A stretch of 64,000 nucleotides of DNA from Octopus sinensis (Eukaryota), in contig NC_042998.1 of assembly GCF_006345805.1 (NCBI RefSeq), forward strand, positions 206,522,001 through 206,586,000. Direction: 5' to 3'. The first letter of the stretch is position 1; every line of letters begins with the position of its first letter. Below are positions 49,469 through 61,820 of the stretch, piece by piece. The notes under the pieces were generated by a model. The model saw only the letters and a list, made by a program, of their open reading frames with translations, was not told the origin of the DNA and made no database searches. The position numbers were made by a program, and so were the translations under genes.

Positions 49469-51086
49469 CTAGACATATATATATATATATATATATGCAC
49501 ATACATCCAGATTTAATTTTTTAATTACCAATCAAATAGTTTACCGTTTATTGACTGGGAAATGCTGGTGGGAATAAAAAAAATTAACTAAATTGTTAAA
49601 CAAACAACACCTAAGCCTGAATTCAATATTCAATCAATATTTATGTTTACATTGGGAGAAATCAATAATTAAAATAATGCCAAATCAATAACTGATGTAT
49701 CAATACAATAACACCAGGAATAAAAATCTTGTGAAGCTAAACGCCTTCCTTTGCCTCTAAGCAGACAGGCGCAGCTGTGTGGTAAGAAGTTTGCTTCCCA
49801 ACCACATGGTTCCGGGTTCAGTCCCACTGTGTGACACCTTGGGCGTGTTTTACTATAGTTTCAGGTGGACAAAAAAACCTTGTGAATGGAAGAAGCCCGT
49901 TTCTGTGGTGGTCAGAGCCACTTCTGAATACGTACAAGTCTTAAAGAGAAAGATTCGTTCGACTAAACATGCTTCAAGGCGGTGCCCCAGCATGGCTGCA
50001 GTGCAATGACTGAAACCAATAAAAGAGAAAATATATATTGTCTCCATTGTACACACAGGGCTGTCGCTAAGTCCCTGCAACCTCTGCAGGGACTTCGCAG
50101 GGGGCCTCAAAGTACGTAGAAGAGTCATCTATTTACTTTGGTTAAGTTGTTGAAATGAGAGGATTTGCTAGACGGAAACTGAAAGAAGATCGTAGTATGT
50201 ATGTGTGTGTGCCTATGTACGTGTGTGTGTGTCTATGTACGTATGTGTGTGTCTATGTAAGTATGTGTGCATCTATGTATGTGTGCGTGTCTATGTACCT
50301 GTGTGTGTACGTGTACATGCATTTGTAGGTGAGTGTGTCCGTGTTTTGGTACTTATGGGTGAGCGTCACCGTTATACAAGTAATGCTTTTCATCTCCAAT
50401 ATTCTGCGAAAACATGTCTGGCCATGGGGCAGGAAGGCCATCCGGCCATAGAAAAAAAATCTGCCTCCAACTCTATCCGACGACCCATACAAGAACAGAA
50501 AAATGAACGTTAAGATGATGGTAACGATGGCGAATGTTTCCGTCCATTAATCCTACGGACATGCGAAGCCGTTTACGCCTTCTCCATTGCACGCCTCCAT
50601 TGATTCGAGCTAATTTTCTACGACATATTTTATTTGTAAACTGAACCTTTATCAAATATTGGACAGCGAGTCTCTTGAGAATCTTTAGCAAAGTGTCTCG
50701 TGAGAGACAAGTCGAACATGATTAAAATTGATAAACAAACAGTTTTAACAGGATAAAAGGTACAAAAGCAATTAGAATATCTGAAACTGCGTGGGACAGC
50801 AAAATAATGATTTTTTTTTTATATATATAAAAGTGCTTGTGTGGATGTGGAGCAAACAAAACAAGACGTTTTAGTTCTGGGTGTTTGTTGTTTGGAAGAA
50901 GAAGTACGAAGTGTGTGGGACAGAACCGGATATTGAATCTTAAATAATTTGCCGAATGTTTTAAGTCAACAGGACAGCTCTACTGTTGTGTAATATTGTC
51001 TCGTAGCTATGAAGTTGTTGACAATTTAATTTATTAATAATGCTGTCTGCATATACGACAAACCTGTCACATAATCACGTATACAT

Positions 51087-51155
<69 letters not shown>

Positions 51156-52122
51156 GGTGGCTGTACAAATGGAAGAAAGAGGTTCTCAACACATTTTGTA
51201 GGTGGTATCTAAAACAATTTGATTCGGCCCCAGGTGACTTTAAGATTCGTAGGCTCCTTGCAGAGAAACCTAGCTTATCGGGTTCGTTTAACCAGGCACA
51301 AGACCTGAGATTTCAGGGGAGTGTTTAAGTCGATTACATCGATCCCCAGTACTCAACTGGTACTTGTTTTATCGACTCCGAAAGGATAAAAGGCAAAGTC
51401 AACTCAGGCAGAATTTGAACTCAGAACCTTAAGGCAAAGTGCCGCTAAGCATTTTGCCCAGTGTGCTAACAATTCTGCCAGCTCGCCGCCTCAATAATAA
51501 TAACAATGGTTTCAAATTTTTGCCACAAGGGCAGTTTGGGGAGGGGGTTAAGTCGATTACATCGACTCCAGTGTGTAACTGGTACTTATTTAAGCGACCC
51601 CGAAAGGATGAAAGGCAAAGTCGACCTCGGTGGAATTTGAACTCAGAACGTAACGGCAGACGAAATACCGCAAAATATTTCGCCCGGCGTGCTAACGATT
51701 CTGCCAGCTCGCCGCTTTCATATAATAATAATAATAATAATATTAATAGTTTCAAATTTTGCCTCAAGGGCAGCATTGGGGGGGGGGAATAATTCACCCC
51801 TGGAAACTAGGACGTTTCGTTTATCATCCTTAATCCTCATTCAGGGACCTTTTGAGCAAAGTGGGTTATTCGACCAGAAGAAAATTCTAACTGGGCCCCA
51901 CCTGCAAGGGTCATGTGCTGTTTATCTTGATATGGGGTCACCATGTCGGGTACATGTGGTTGTGATGCATGTACCTGGTGCACCCTTATCAGACGGGTAA
52001 TTAAAATGGGTTTATCGGGTTTCGTATACCTGTTCACCAGCACCACTTTGATGGTATGCGCTGCTCGCTCACATAATAGCATAATAAACAAGGCGAGCTG
52101 AGCGTGGACGGAAACCACACGT

Positions 52123-52202
52123 CGAGCAAAAGGGCAAAAGCTCGCTCAATCTCGATTTTCAGTACGAATACGGACCGCGAAAGCGTGGTCCATTGATCCT
52201 TT
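52123..52202 (+). rRNA. 28S rRNA fragment (pseudogene)
   Basis: GAGCAAAAGGGCAAAAGCTCGCTCAATCTCGATTTTCAGTACGAATACGGACCGCGAAAGCGTGGTCCATTGATCCTT matches the conserved eukaryotic LSU segment GAGCAGAAGGGCAAAAGCTCGCTTGATCTTGATTTTCAGTACGAATACAGACCGTGAAAGCGGGGCCTCACGATCCTT. Confidence 0.85.
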
Positions 52203-52383
52203 AAATAGTTTATTTAATAATGTTGTCTGGATATACTGCAACCCAACTTTTCCCACACACACAACGTAATTATTATTTTAATTTCATAAGTTTGACTCAG
52301 CTCCCTGTGGCTCAAAGGACGAAGCCATCTCATCAGATATTAAGAGAACAGTGCGTATTATTCTCTAACAAGAACAGCACTGC

Positions 52384-52452
52384 CAGTGACTTCCAAGTTT
52401 CGACTAGTTAAGTCATCATTGGACTTAATTGGCCGAAACTTCGAAGTCACTG
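52384..52452 (+). ncRNA. Candidate pre-miRNA-like hairpin
   Basis: 31-bp stem with 29 pairs (2 G-U), two 1x1 mismatches and a 7-nt loop, in unique sequence; no expression evidence. Confidence 0.4.
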
Positions 52453-53238
52453 TCAATACTATTATTATTAAAGAATAATAAATTCGCACCCTTCCAAATG
52501 TGTTGTGTCTTCTTCTTCGTCGTCGTCGTCGTTTAACGTCCGCTTTCCATGCTAGCATGGGTTGGACGATTTGAATGAGGGCTGGCGAACCAGATGGCTG
52601 CACCAGGCTCCAGTCTGATCTGGCAGAGTTTCTACGGCTGGATGACCTTCCTAATGCCAACCACTCCGAGAGTTTAACTTAAACTTATTATTATCACCAA
52701 GTCAATTCTGATTGAGCTGACCAATGGTCAAAGACGCGCCCAGCCTGTGTATAGTCTATGGTAAGGTGTTGAGAGAGATTTGGCTATTGTTTTTAGCAAG
52801 TCCGGTGACCACAGCAACAACAATTGCTGTTACTGTTGTGTTGTTGTTGTTGATAATGTTAGTGTCCTAAGACAATCCAACGACGCCTCTCACTTGAAAG
52901 TTTCACAGAGTGTCTAATCATTAACAGGAAACAGTTGCGGCTGCTTTAGGTCGGTGTCGGCGATGAAGATCGGAGGAAGGAGTGTTACACATACAAATAC
53001 ATCCACACATCCACAAGCACTCCTACACAGATACAAGTGCTGAGCTGGCACAATGATTACCACATCGGACAAAATGCTTAGCAGTATTTCATTGGTCTGT
53101 TACGTTCTGGGTTCAAATTTGCCTTTCAGCTTTTCAAGGTCGATATAAAATACCAACTGAGAACAAACGTCGACATAATCAACTTATCCGCTCCATCAAA
53201 CTTGTTGGACTTGTGCCAATATTATTATTATTATTATT

Positions 53239-54165
53239 GAGTGAGAGAGCAGTGCATGCCATCAAAGTGACACTGGGGTAAAATATACGAAGCCCAGTAT
53301 ACCCATCATGACTACTCGGCTGAAAAGGGTACACTAGGCACATGCATCACAGCCATATGTGCGCAGATAAACAGCACATGACCTTGCAGGTGGGGTCCAG
53401 TTAGAATTTTCTTCTGGTCGAGTAACCCATTCCACTGAATAAGGGTTGTTTAAGGATGTTGAACGAAACACCCATGTTTCCAGAGGTGAATTATTCAAAC
53501 CCCAAAGAATCCCTCTCAACACATGGCTATGATGCTCCCCCACTACTTCTGCTCGTGATCAGAGATGCACATATCGTCAGCCACTAAGGGACATGCTCAA
53601 CTGGTTACGGTCAAACAGTGGTGGAACAGTGGAAGCACTCCGTCGGTTACGACGACGAGGGTTCCGGTTGATCTGATCAACGGAACAGCCTGCTCGTGAA
53701 ATTAACGTGTAAGTGGCTGAGCACTCCACAGACACGTGTACCCTTAACGTAGTTCTCGGGGATATTCAGCGTGACACAGAGAGTGACAAGGCCGGCCCTT
53801 TGAAATACAGGTACAACAGAAACAGGAAGTAAGAGTGAGAGAAAGTTGTGGTGAAAGAGTACAGCAGGGATCACCACCATCCCCTGCCGGAGCCTCGTGG
53901 GGCTTTTAGGTGTTTTCGCTCAATAAACACAACGCCCGGTCTGGGAATCGAAACTGCGATCCTACGACCGCGAGTCCGCTGCCCTGACCACTGGGCCATT
54001 GCGCCTCCACACGGTCAAACAACTGACAAGCAAATCTGTGGTATTGAGCAGAATATTTGCTGTAGTCCCATCTTTTATACCAAGACAAAACAATGTAAAT
54101 GATAACACTTCTAATCAGTTAAGATGAGAAGCCATGAGATCCACTGCCCGGTACTGCATGAAGGC
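53239..54165 (-). mobile_element. Family E element interrupted by a SINE D2
   Basis: Collinear with 41230-41783 once 53618-54021 is removed. Confidence 0.85.
53618..54010 (-). mobile_element. SINE family D (tail 2), full length, nested in family E
   Basis: 11-bp TSD ACGGTCAAACA at 53607-53617 and 54011-54021. Confidence 0.9.
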
Positions 54166-54194
54166 AATTATTATTATTATTATTATTTATGATT

Positions 54195-54572
54195 TCCTTT
54201 CATTATAACTTTATTTCAGCTACCTTAGTACCGGGCATCCTCCGGAGGCCAAGAGTAACAAGAGCACCACATTTATTCCATTTTAGATGGAAAGTGCTTT
54301 CCGTAGTATATGGACTGAACCCATCAAGGTTATCTTTTGTAGTTCATAGAGATTGGAATTACCAGGGAGTTGCTTAATATACTGCTCAGCTCCCTCCTTT
54401 ATCATTCCTAATCACATCTGGTATTATCGTAGTACTAAGCTTCCACATTATTTACATTTGACGGATCTTGTTTGTTGTTGACACAACATTTCGGCTGATA
54501 TACCCTCCAGCCTTCATCAGGTGTCTTGGGGATATTTTGAACTTGGGTTCTCATTCCTAAGGTATTTTTCGA

Positions 54573-54610
<38 letters not shown>

Positions 54611-54696
54611 TTACTGCCTGGAATCAAACTTGGAATCTTGGGGTTAGTAGCCCACGCTACTAACCCCTAGATTCCGAGTTTGATTCTAGGCAATGA

Positions 54697-54727
<31 letters not shown>

Positions 54728-55250
54728 TGACGACGACGACAACAACAACATCGAAAAATACCTTAGAAATGAGAACCCAGGTTCGAAATTTCCCCAAGAC
54801 ACCTGATGAAGGCTGGAGGGTATATCAGCCGGAATGTGTTAACAACAAGCAAGATGAGGACAAATCTCCGTCAAATGTAAATAATGGACATAATTCTTCA
54901 TCTCTTAAATATAGAACTGTATTAAGCTTCCACATTTTTGTGCTTTCAATTTGCAGATCTTTTCGTAATCCTTTCTTGAGACGTTTTGATCTTGTGGGGC
55001 AGACATATCTATTAACAGACAAGTTCCTCTGTTATAGTCCTTGATCACAATGTCTGGTCGATTGGAGTTAATTTGTCTGTTTGTATTGGGAAGTGCCAAA
55101 GGATGGTAACGCGCTCGCCATTTACTATATCATCTGGATTGTGCCTGTACCACTTATCATGGAATTTAATTTTGTAGCATTTACAAGCACTGCAGTGGCT
55201 GTACTGCCCTAGTCTGTCATGTCTTATGAGAGACTCCTTTTCAGCAAGGA
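54195..55250 (-). mobile_element. RLE-type (R4/Dong-like) LINE 3' end, split by the fold-back insertion
   Basis: RHDRLGQY...KWYRHNPD...TILWHFPIQTD / NRPDIVIKD....CLLIDMS (PD-(D/E)xK) / KDLQIESTKMWKL; beyond the insert STTIIP..LGMIK...LPG...YELQKITLMGSVHILRKALSI*. Confidence 0.85.
54436..54936. mobile_element. Fold-back tRNA-head/HHR-tail retroposon (family ii), locus 2
   Basis: Inverted arms meet in a tRNA-like segment; 14-bp TSD TAAGCTTCCACATT at 54436-54449 and 54923-54936. Confidence 0.9.
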
Positions 55251-55519
55251 TTCAGTATTATTATTACTGAGGTGGCAAGCCGACAGAATCGTTAGCACGC
55301 TGGCCGGGTGAAATGCTTCGTGTTCTGAGTTCAAATTCCAACGAGGTCGACTTTGCCTTTCATCCTTTCGGGGGTTAATAAATTAAGCACCAGTTGCATA
55401 CTGGGTCGATCTAATCAACTGCCCCCCCCACCAAATTTCAGGCCTTGTGCCTATAGTAGAAAGGATTATTATTATTATCATTATTATTATCATCATCATT
55501 ATCACCATTATTATCACCA

Positions 55520-55862
55520 TCCGAGCGTGGCCGTCTGCCAGCCTCGTCTGGCACCTGTGTCGGTGGCACATAAAAACACCTTCCGAGCGTGGCCGTCTGC
55601 CAGCCTCGTCTGGCACCTGTGTCGGTGGCACATAAAAACACCATCCGAGCGTGGCCGTTCGCCAGCCTCGTCTGGCACCTGTGTCGGTGGCACATAAAAT
55701 CACCCACTACACTCTCGGAGTGGTTGGCGTTAGGAAGGGCATCCAGCTGTAGAAACACTGCCAGATCTGACTGGCCTGGTGCAGCCTTCGGGCTCCCCAG
55801 ACCCCAGTTGAACCGTCCAACCCATGCTAGCATGGAAAGCGGATGTTAAACGATGATGATGA
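55520..55862 (+). mobile_element. Family C element with three near-identical internal repeats
   Basis: CCGAGCGTGGCCGT(C/T)(T/C)GCCAGCCTCGTCTGGCACCTGTGTCGGTGGCACATAAAA x3, then the common tail. Confidence 0.85.
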
Positions 55863-57006
55863 TGATTATCATCATTATTAATGTGGTGAGTTGGTAGAAT
55901 CGTTAGTACACCGGACAAAATTCCTGGCAGCATTTCGTCCATTATTACCAACAAATGCACGCACACACATACACACATACATAAAAACTTCCCAGAAGTT
56001 TATAATTTAAATATATATGAGCATATCTTGATATGCAACTATATGCATGAGAATACATACATAAGGCAAAACATACGAATCTGCACGTATGCATGCATGC
56101 ACACACAAACAAAAATACCCTGTTGTTGATGTTGAAATTTCAATGAACGAACCTTTTGATCTAGGTTAGAAACCGGTTTTTTTCTCAATTACCAAGAAAT
56201 CTTGAAATAAACTGAATAATGACATAATACACACACACACACACACTGACAATGCAGTGTCACCAACATAAGTGTACAATTGCACAAACATTAATACATG
56301 TACATAGAGTTTTTTTGGGGGGGTGGGGTCCAGATAATAAATGTTCAAAATAACTGCATCCAGAAAAGAAAAAAATCCAAACTAACGGCAATTTTTTGAA
56401 AACTGGCGGAAAAGCATAAAAACACTTGCTGACCCTATTCTGACAAAGTTCACTTTTTCTTTTCTTTTTTCTACTCTAGGCACAAAGCTCCCACCCCCAC
56501 CCCCCAAAAAAGAAAGGAAAAAGATTCTTCCAGAGTCATTTAGACTCGTCGGGTTGGTTTCCTAGTTTCCAAGGTGCATATGTAACACCCCTGGAAGGGA
56601 TGCCAATCACTTGCAGGATTACTCACTTTTGTCAGTTGGGCTGGGCAGGACTGGACAGGAGCAATGTAAAAAGAAGTAGTTTTGGTCAAGAACACAATGC
56701 GTCACCCAGTTGAAGGATTGAAACCCCTGTCTTCTGATCATGAGTCCAACACCCCTAGCCACTAAGCCACATGCCTCCACATATGAACTGTATATATATA
56801 TACCAACAGGTTGTAAGTAAAAAGCACCATCCGAACATGATCGATGCCAGTGACCCCTGACTGGTTCCCGTGCCGGTGGCACATAAAAAGCACCCACTAC
56901 AATCTCGGAGTGGTTGGCATTAGGAAGGGCATCCAGCTGTAGAAACCTTGCCAGATCAAACTGTCCAACTCATGCCAGCATGGAAAACAGACGTTAAACG
57001 ATGATG

Positions 57007-57077
<71 letters not shown>

Positions 57078-58201
57078 GATGCAAGCATGGCTGTGTGGGA
57101 AGATGTTTGCTTCCCAACCACACTGTTCTAGGTTCAGTTCCATTGCATGGTACCTTGGGCAAGTGCCTTCTATTATAACCCTAGGTTCACCAAAGCTTTG
57201 TCAGTGAATGTGGAAACTGAAAGAAGCCCATCATGTGTGTGTGTCTGTTTGTTACCTACCATCGTCTGACAAGCAGTGTTGGTATGTTTACATCCCTGTA
57301 ACTTAGCAGTCTGGCAAAAGAGACTGATAGAATGAGTACATGGCTTTAAAAAAAAAGTAACAATAAGCACTGGGGTCAATTTATTCGACCTAAAACTTCT
57401 TCAAAGTTGCCCCAGCATGGCCAGTGTCTAATGACTGAAACAAGAAAAGATATAAGACATACACATACATACACATATTTACATAAACACATACAGAAAC
57501 ATATTTACACACACATACACACATGTACGCTCGGCTGACTTGCTCCTGTGCCAGTGGCCTGTAAAAAGCACTGTCCGAACGTGATCAATGCCAGGCCCGC
57601 CTCACTGGTTCCTGTGCCGGTGGCACACTAAAAGCACCCACTACACCTGTGCCAGTGGCACATAAAAACCACCAGCTGCACTCTTGGAGTGGTTGGCGTT
57701 AGGAAGGCCATCCAGCTGTAGAAACACTGCCAGATCAGAGTGGAGCCTAGTGCAGCCTCCTGGCTTCACAGTCCTCAGTTAAACTATCCAACTCATACCA
57801 GCATGGAAAATGGACGTTAAACAATGATGATGATGTACAGATATGCATATACATACATGTGTGTGTGTGTGTGTAAATTAAGTGTTTGACAAAGACCTAA
57901 GTCTATTGCATAATTGAATTGGTTAGAATTGGTTTAATATTTAAAAGATTAAAAAAAGAAACAGCCTTTGTGTTACGAAGACTGTGCTTTCTGTAGAACA
58001 AACGAAAGTGATGTGACTGCTATGCTTAAATTGTTTAAACTAATTTTCATTCCATTAGACTTCAGTCAATGCAACGCAGCATTAAGTTGGTTCAGGAAAA
58101 CTGCAGTCAACGCTCATTGCATGTGTCTCAGAAATTTAATACAATAGATTTTATAATGAGTTTATGCATAATATGCCGAAGACATTATATACATACATAC
58201 A

Positions 58202-58243
<42 letters not shown>

Positions 58244-58354
58244 ACAAAGTGAGGTTGTAAGATACTGCACGAGTATCTTTCATATATATATATATATGTG
58301 TGTGTGTGTGGTGTGTGTGTATAGGTATATATATATATATTATATATATATATA

Positions 58355-58845
58355 GGAGGTGCAGGAGTGGCTGTATGGTAAGTAGCTTGCTTCCCAACCA
58401 CATGGTTCCGGGTTCAGTTATAGCACCTTGGGCAAGTGTCTTCTACTATAGCCTCGAGCTGATCAAAGCCTAGTGAGTGGATTTGGTAGAAGGAAACTGA
58501 AAGAAGCCTGTCGTATATATATAGGGGTGGATATTTCACAAAAAAAACAAGACAAAAACAGGTGGTGTATTAGTATAAGTATTAGTATAACTCTCGGGAA
58601 GTGAAAAAGCCTTTAACATTTCGAGCATGTATGTATGTATGTGTATATGTTTGTCCTCACTACCACCACCATCGCTTGACAACCGATGCTGGTGTGTTTA
58701 TGTCTCCGTAACTTAGCAGTTCGGCAAAAGAGACCGATAGAATATGTACCAAGCTTGCAAAGAATAAGTCCTCAGTTCGATTTGTTAACTAAAGGCGGTG
58801 CTCCAGCATGGCCGCAGTCAAATGACTGACACAAATAAAAGAATA
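58355..58845 (+). mobile_element. SINE family A containing a PLE-like fragment at about 58520-58626
   Basis: A head and tail; the insert ends TTTAACATTTCGAGC, homologous to 29755-29840. Confidence 0.75.
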
Positions 58846-59319
58846 TATATATATATATACAGACGGACGGACAGACAGACATGCACACACACACGCACAC
58901 ACACAATCAGCAGTTTACAGACAATTCCTTAATCTTTCCTAGCCTGAGTCCTTTCATTTCAGTCATGCTGGAGCATCACCGTGTAGGGTTTTGTCAATCA
59001 AGTTGGCCCCTGTACATAAGTAAAGGGGCCGTCTTGCTTGACTAAACCCCTTGAGTCTGCTATCAATTCAGTCTGCCTTTTTTTTTTGCCAAAACAAAAC
59101 AACAGAAATAAACCAACACCAGTTTATAACCTGGGAGAGACAAATAAAAACACACAACAAGCTTCTGCACAGTTTCCATCAACCAAATCCACTGACAAGT
59201 GTCTTCTACAGGGGACTGAACCTGAAATCACAGGGTCATGAAACAAACTTCTTTAACCACACACCCACACTTCTGCCCTCACCAGGAAAAAAAATCCTTT
59301 CAAAATGGTTTAATATCCT

Positions 59320-59850
59320 ATTTTTTTACTTGTTTCAGTCATTAGATGGTGGCCTAGTACTTATTTTATTGATTTCTTTTGCTGAACTGCTAGGTGATGG
59401 GGAAGTAAACAAACCAACACCAACTGCCAATCAGTAGTGGGGGACATACCCATACACAAAGACACACATACATGTATATATACATGTATGTATATACACA
59501 TACATACATGCAAGCATACATACATACATGTATATGACAGGCTTCTTTCAGTTTCCATCTATCAAGGCTTTGTTCAGTCTGTGGCTATAGTAGAAGACAC
59601 TTGCCCAAGGTGTCATACAGTGGGACTGAACCCGGAACCATGTGGTTGGTAAGCAAGCTACTTATCACACAGCCACTCCTGCGCCTATATATATATACGA
59701 CAGGCTTCTTTCAGTTTCCATCTACCAAATCCACTCACAAGGCTTTGGTCAGCCCAAGGCTATAGTAGAAGACACTTGCCCAAGGTGTCACACTGTGGGA
59801 CTGAACCCGGGACCATGTGGTTAGAAAACAAGCTTCTTACCACACAGTCA
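59320..59850 (-). mobile_element. Two tandem SINE family A copies
   Basis: Two successive GGCTTCTTTCAGTTTCCATCTA...CACACAGC blocks. Confidence 0.85.
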
Positions 59851-59997
59851 TGTCTGCACCTATATGTTAGGTTTAATTGATTCCATTTAATACTTCATTT
59901 TTTTAAAAAATAATTGTGAATATTTGAAAATGTTATTTACAATGAATGGAAACTGTGAAAAGTGCTTTCTCTCTCCAATCTCTCAACCCATTCTCAC

Positions 59998-60123
59998 TTT
60001 GAATGCATCCATCCTTGTCTCAACACTGAAATCAAACAATATTCAACCTCGTTAGCAATTAAATGAGTGATCACTTGAGAAGCTTTATAAGTATCACCTT
60101 TTCTTTGACGAGTTGTAGCACAC
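59998..60123 (-). CDS. Candidate 126-bp symmetric (phase 2-2) coding exon, unidentified host gene
   Basis: TTTTATTGTATACATTGCTCAG| acceptor, |GTGAGA donor, one open frame (CATTRQRKGDTYKASQVITHLIANEVEYCLISVLRQGWMHS); no homology recognised. Confidence 0.3.
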
Positions 60124-60142
60124 CTGAGCAATGTATACAATA

Positions 60143-60583
60143 AAATAATTACAGTTCTATATTTAAAAGACAAGGAATTATTTACATTATTTACATTTGA
60201 TGGATATTTGTCCTCATCTTGTTTGTTGTTAACACATTTCGGTTGATATACCCTCCAGTCTTCATCAGGTGTTTTGGGGAAATTTTGAACCTGGGTTCTC
60301 ATTCATAAGGTATTTTTCAATATTATTATTATTCAGGTCACTGCCTAGAACTGAACTTGGAATCTTGGGTTTATCAGTCCGCGCTCTTAACCTGCGATTC
60401 CAAGTTCGATTCCAGGCAGTGTCCTGAATAATAATAATAATAATATCAAAAAATACTTTAGAAATGAGAACCTAGGTTTGAAATTTCCCCAAGACACCTG
60501 ATGAAGGCTGGAGGGTATATCAGCCGAAACGTTGTGTTAACAACAAACAAGAGGAAGACAATTTCCGTCAAATGTAAATAATT
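60143..60583. mobile_element. Fold-back tRNA-head/HHR-tail retroposon (family ii), locus 3
   Basis: Inverted arms; the left arm keeps GGTTAAGAGCGCGG of the head; possible low-complexity 8-bp TSD AAATAATT. Confidence 0.85.
60493..60538 (+). ncRNA. Intact minimal type I hammerhead ribozyme motif
   Basis: GACAC-CTGATGA-A-GGCTG-(10 nt)-CAGCC-GAAAC-GTT-GTGTT; stem I GACAC/GTGTT, palindromic AACGTT stem III, predicted cleavage after 60533. Confidence 0.8.
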
Positions 60584-61424
60584 TAAATAATAAACATTAT
60601 TATTATTGTTAATAGTCACTGCCTGGTATTGATGCAATACCAAGCTCTCATGGCTTCTGATCTTAACTGATTGGAAGTGTTATCCTATACACATTTTGTT
60701 TTTGTATAAAAGATCTGCTCAGTACCACAGATCTGCTTGTCAGTTTTTTTACCTTAACCAGTTGAGCATGTCCTTTAGTGGCTGACGATATGTGCATCTC
60801 TAATTGGGAGCATCATAGTCAAGTGTTGAAAGGAATTCTTTAGGGTTTGAATAATTCACCACTAGAATTGTAGTTGTGAGCCCTGTGCCGGTTGCACGTA
60901 AAAGGCACCATCCAAACGCGGTCGACGCCAGTGCTGCTTTGACTTGTTTCCATGCTGGTGGCACATAATAAGCACCATCTGATTATGGCACGTAAAAAGC
61001 ACCCATTACACTCTCGGAGTGGTTGGTGTTAGGAAGGACATCCAGCTGTAGAAACACTATCTGATCAGCTTGGAGCCTGGTGCAGCTTTCTGGTTTCCCG
61101 GACCCCAGTTGAACCGTTCAACCCATGCCAGCATGGAAAACGTCCGATGATGATGAAACATGGATGTTCCATTCATCACCCTTAAAAAATCCTTATTCAG
61201 GAATCTTTTGAGTAAGATAGAATTTTCTTCAAGTTGAGTAACGTAACTGGGCCCCACCTGCAAGGTCATGTGCTGTTTATCTTGATATGAGGCAACCATA
61301 TAGTTGTGATGCATGTGCCTGGTGGAGTCTTATCAGACAGGTGACATGATGGGTATACTGGGCTTCATATATTTCCATACCAGCATCACTTTACGATATG
61401 CCTTGCTCTCTCACACAACAACAA

Positions 61425-61820
61425 TATTTTCTACTCTAGGCACAAGGCCCAAAATTTGGGGGGGAGGGTGCCAGTCAATTAGATCAACCCCAGTATGCAA
61501 TTGGTACTTAATTTATCGACCCTGCAAGGATGAAAGGCAAAGTTGACTCCGGCAGAATTTGAACTCAGAACATAAAGACAGACAAAATACCTATTTCTTT
61601 ACTGCCCACAAGGGGCTAAACACAGAGAGGACAAACAAGGACAGACAAATGGATTAAGTTGATTATATCGACCCCAGTGTGTAACTGGTACTTATTTAAT
61701 TGACCCCAAAGGGATGAAAGGCAAAGTCGACCTCGGTGGAATTTGAACTCAGAACATAGTAGCAGATAAAATACCGCTAAGCATTTCGCCCTGCGTGCTA
61801 ACAATTCTGTCAGGTCACCA
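61425..61820 (-). mobile_element. SINE family B dimer
   Basis: Same head, linker and tail organisation as 17745-18120. Confidence 0.85.

Noticed and set aside
50473-50691. Basic 72-aa minus-strand ORF as a possible exon
   Set aside because: Weak donor site, no recognisable homology, and the ORF runs into a family C-like repeat tail.
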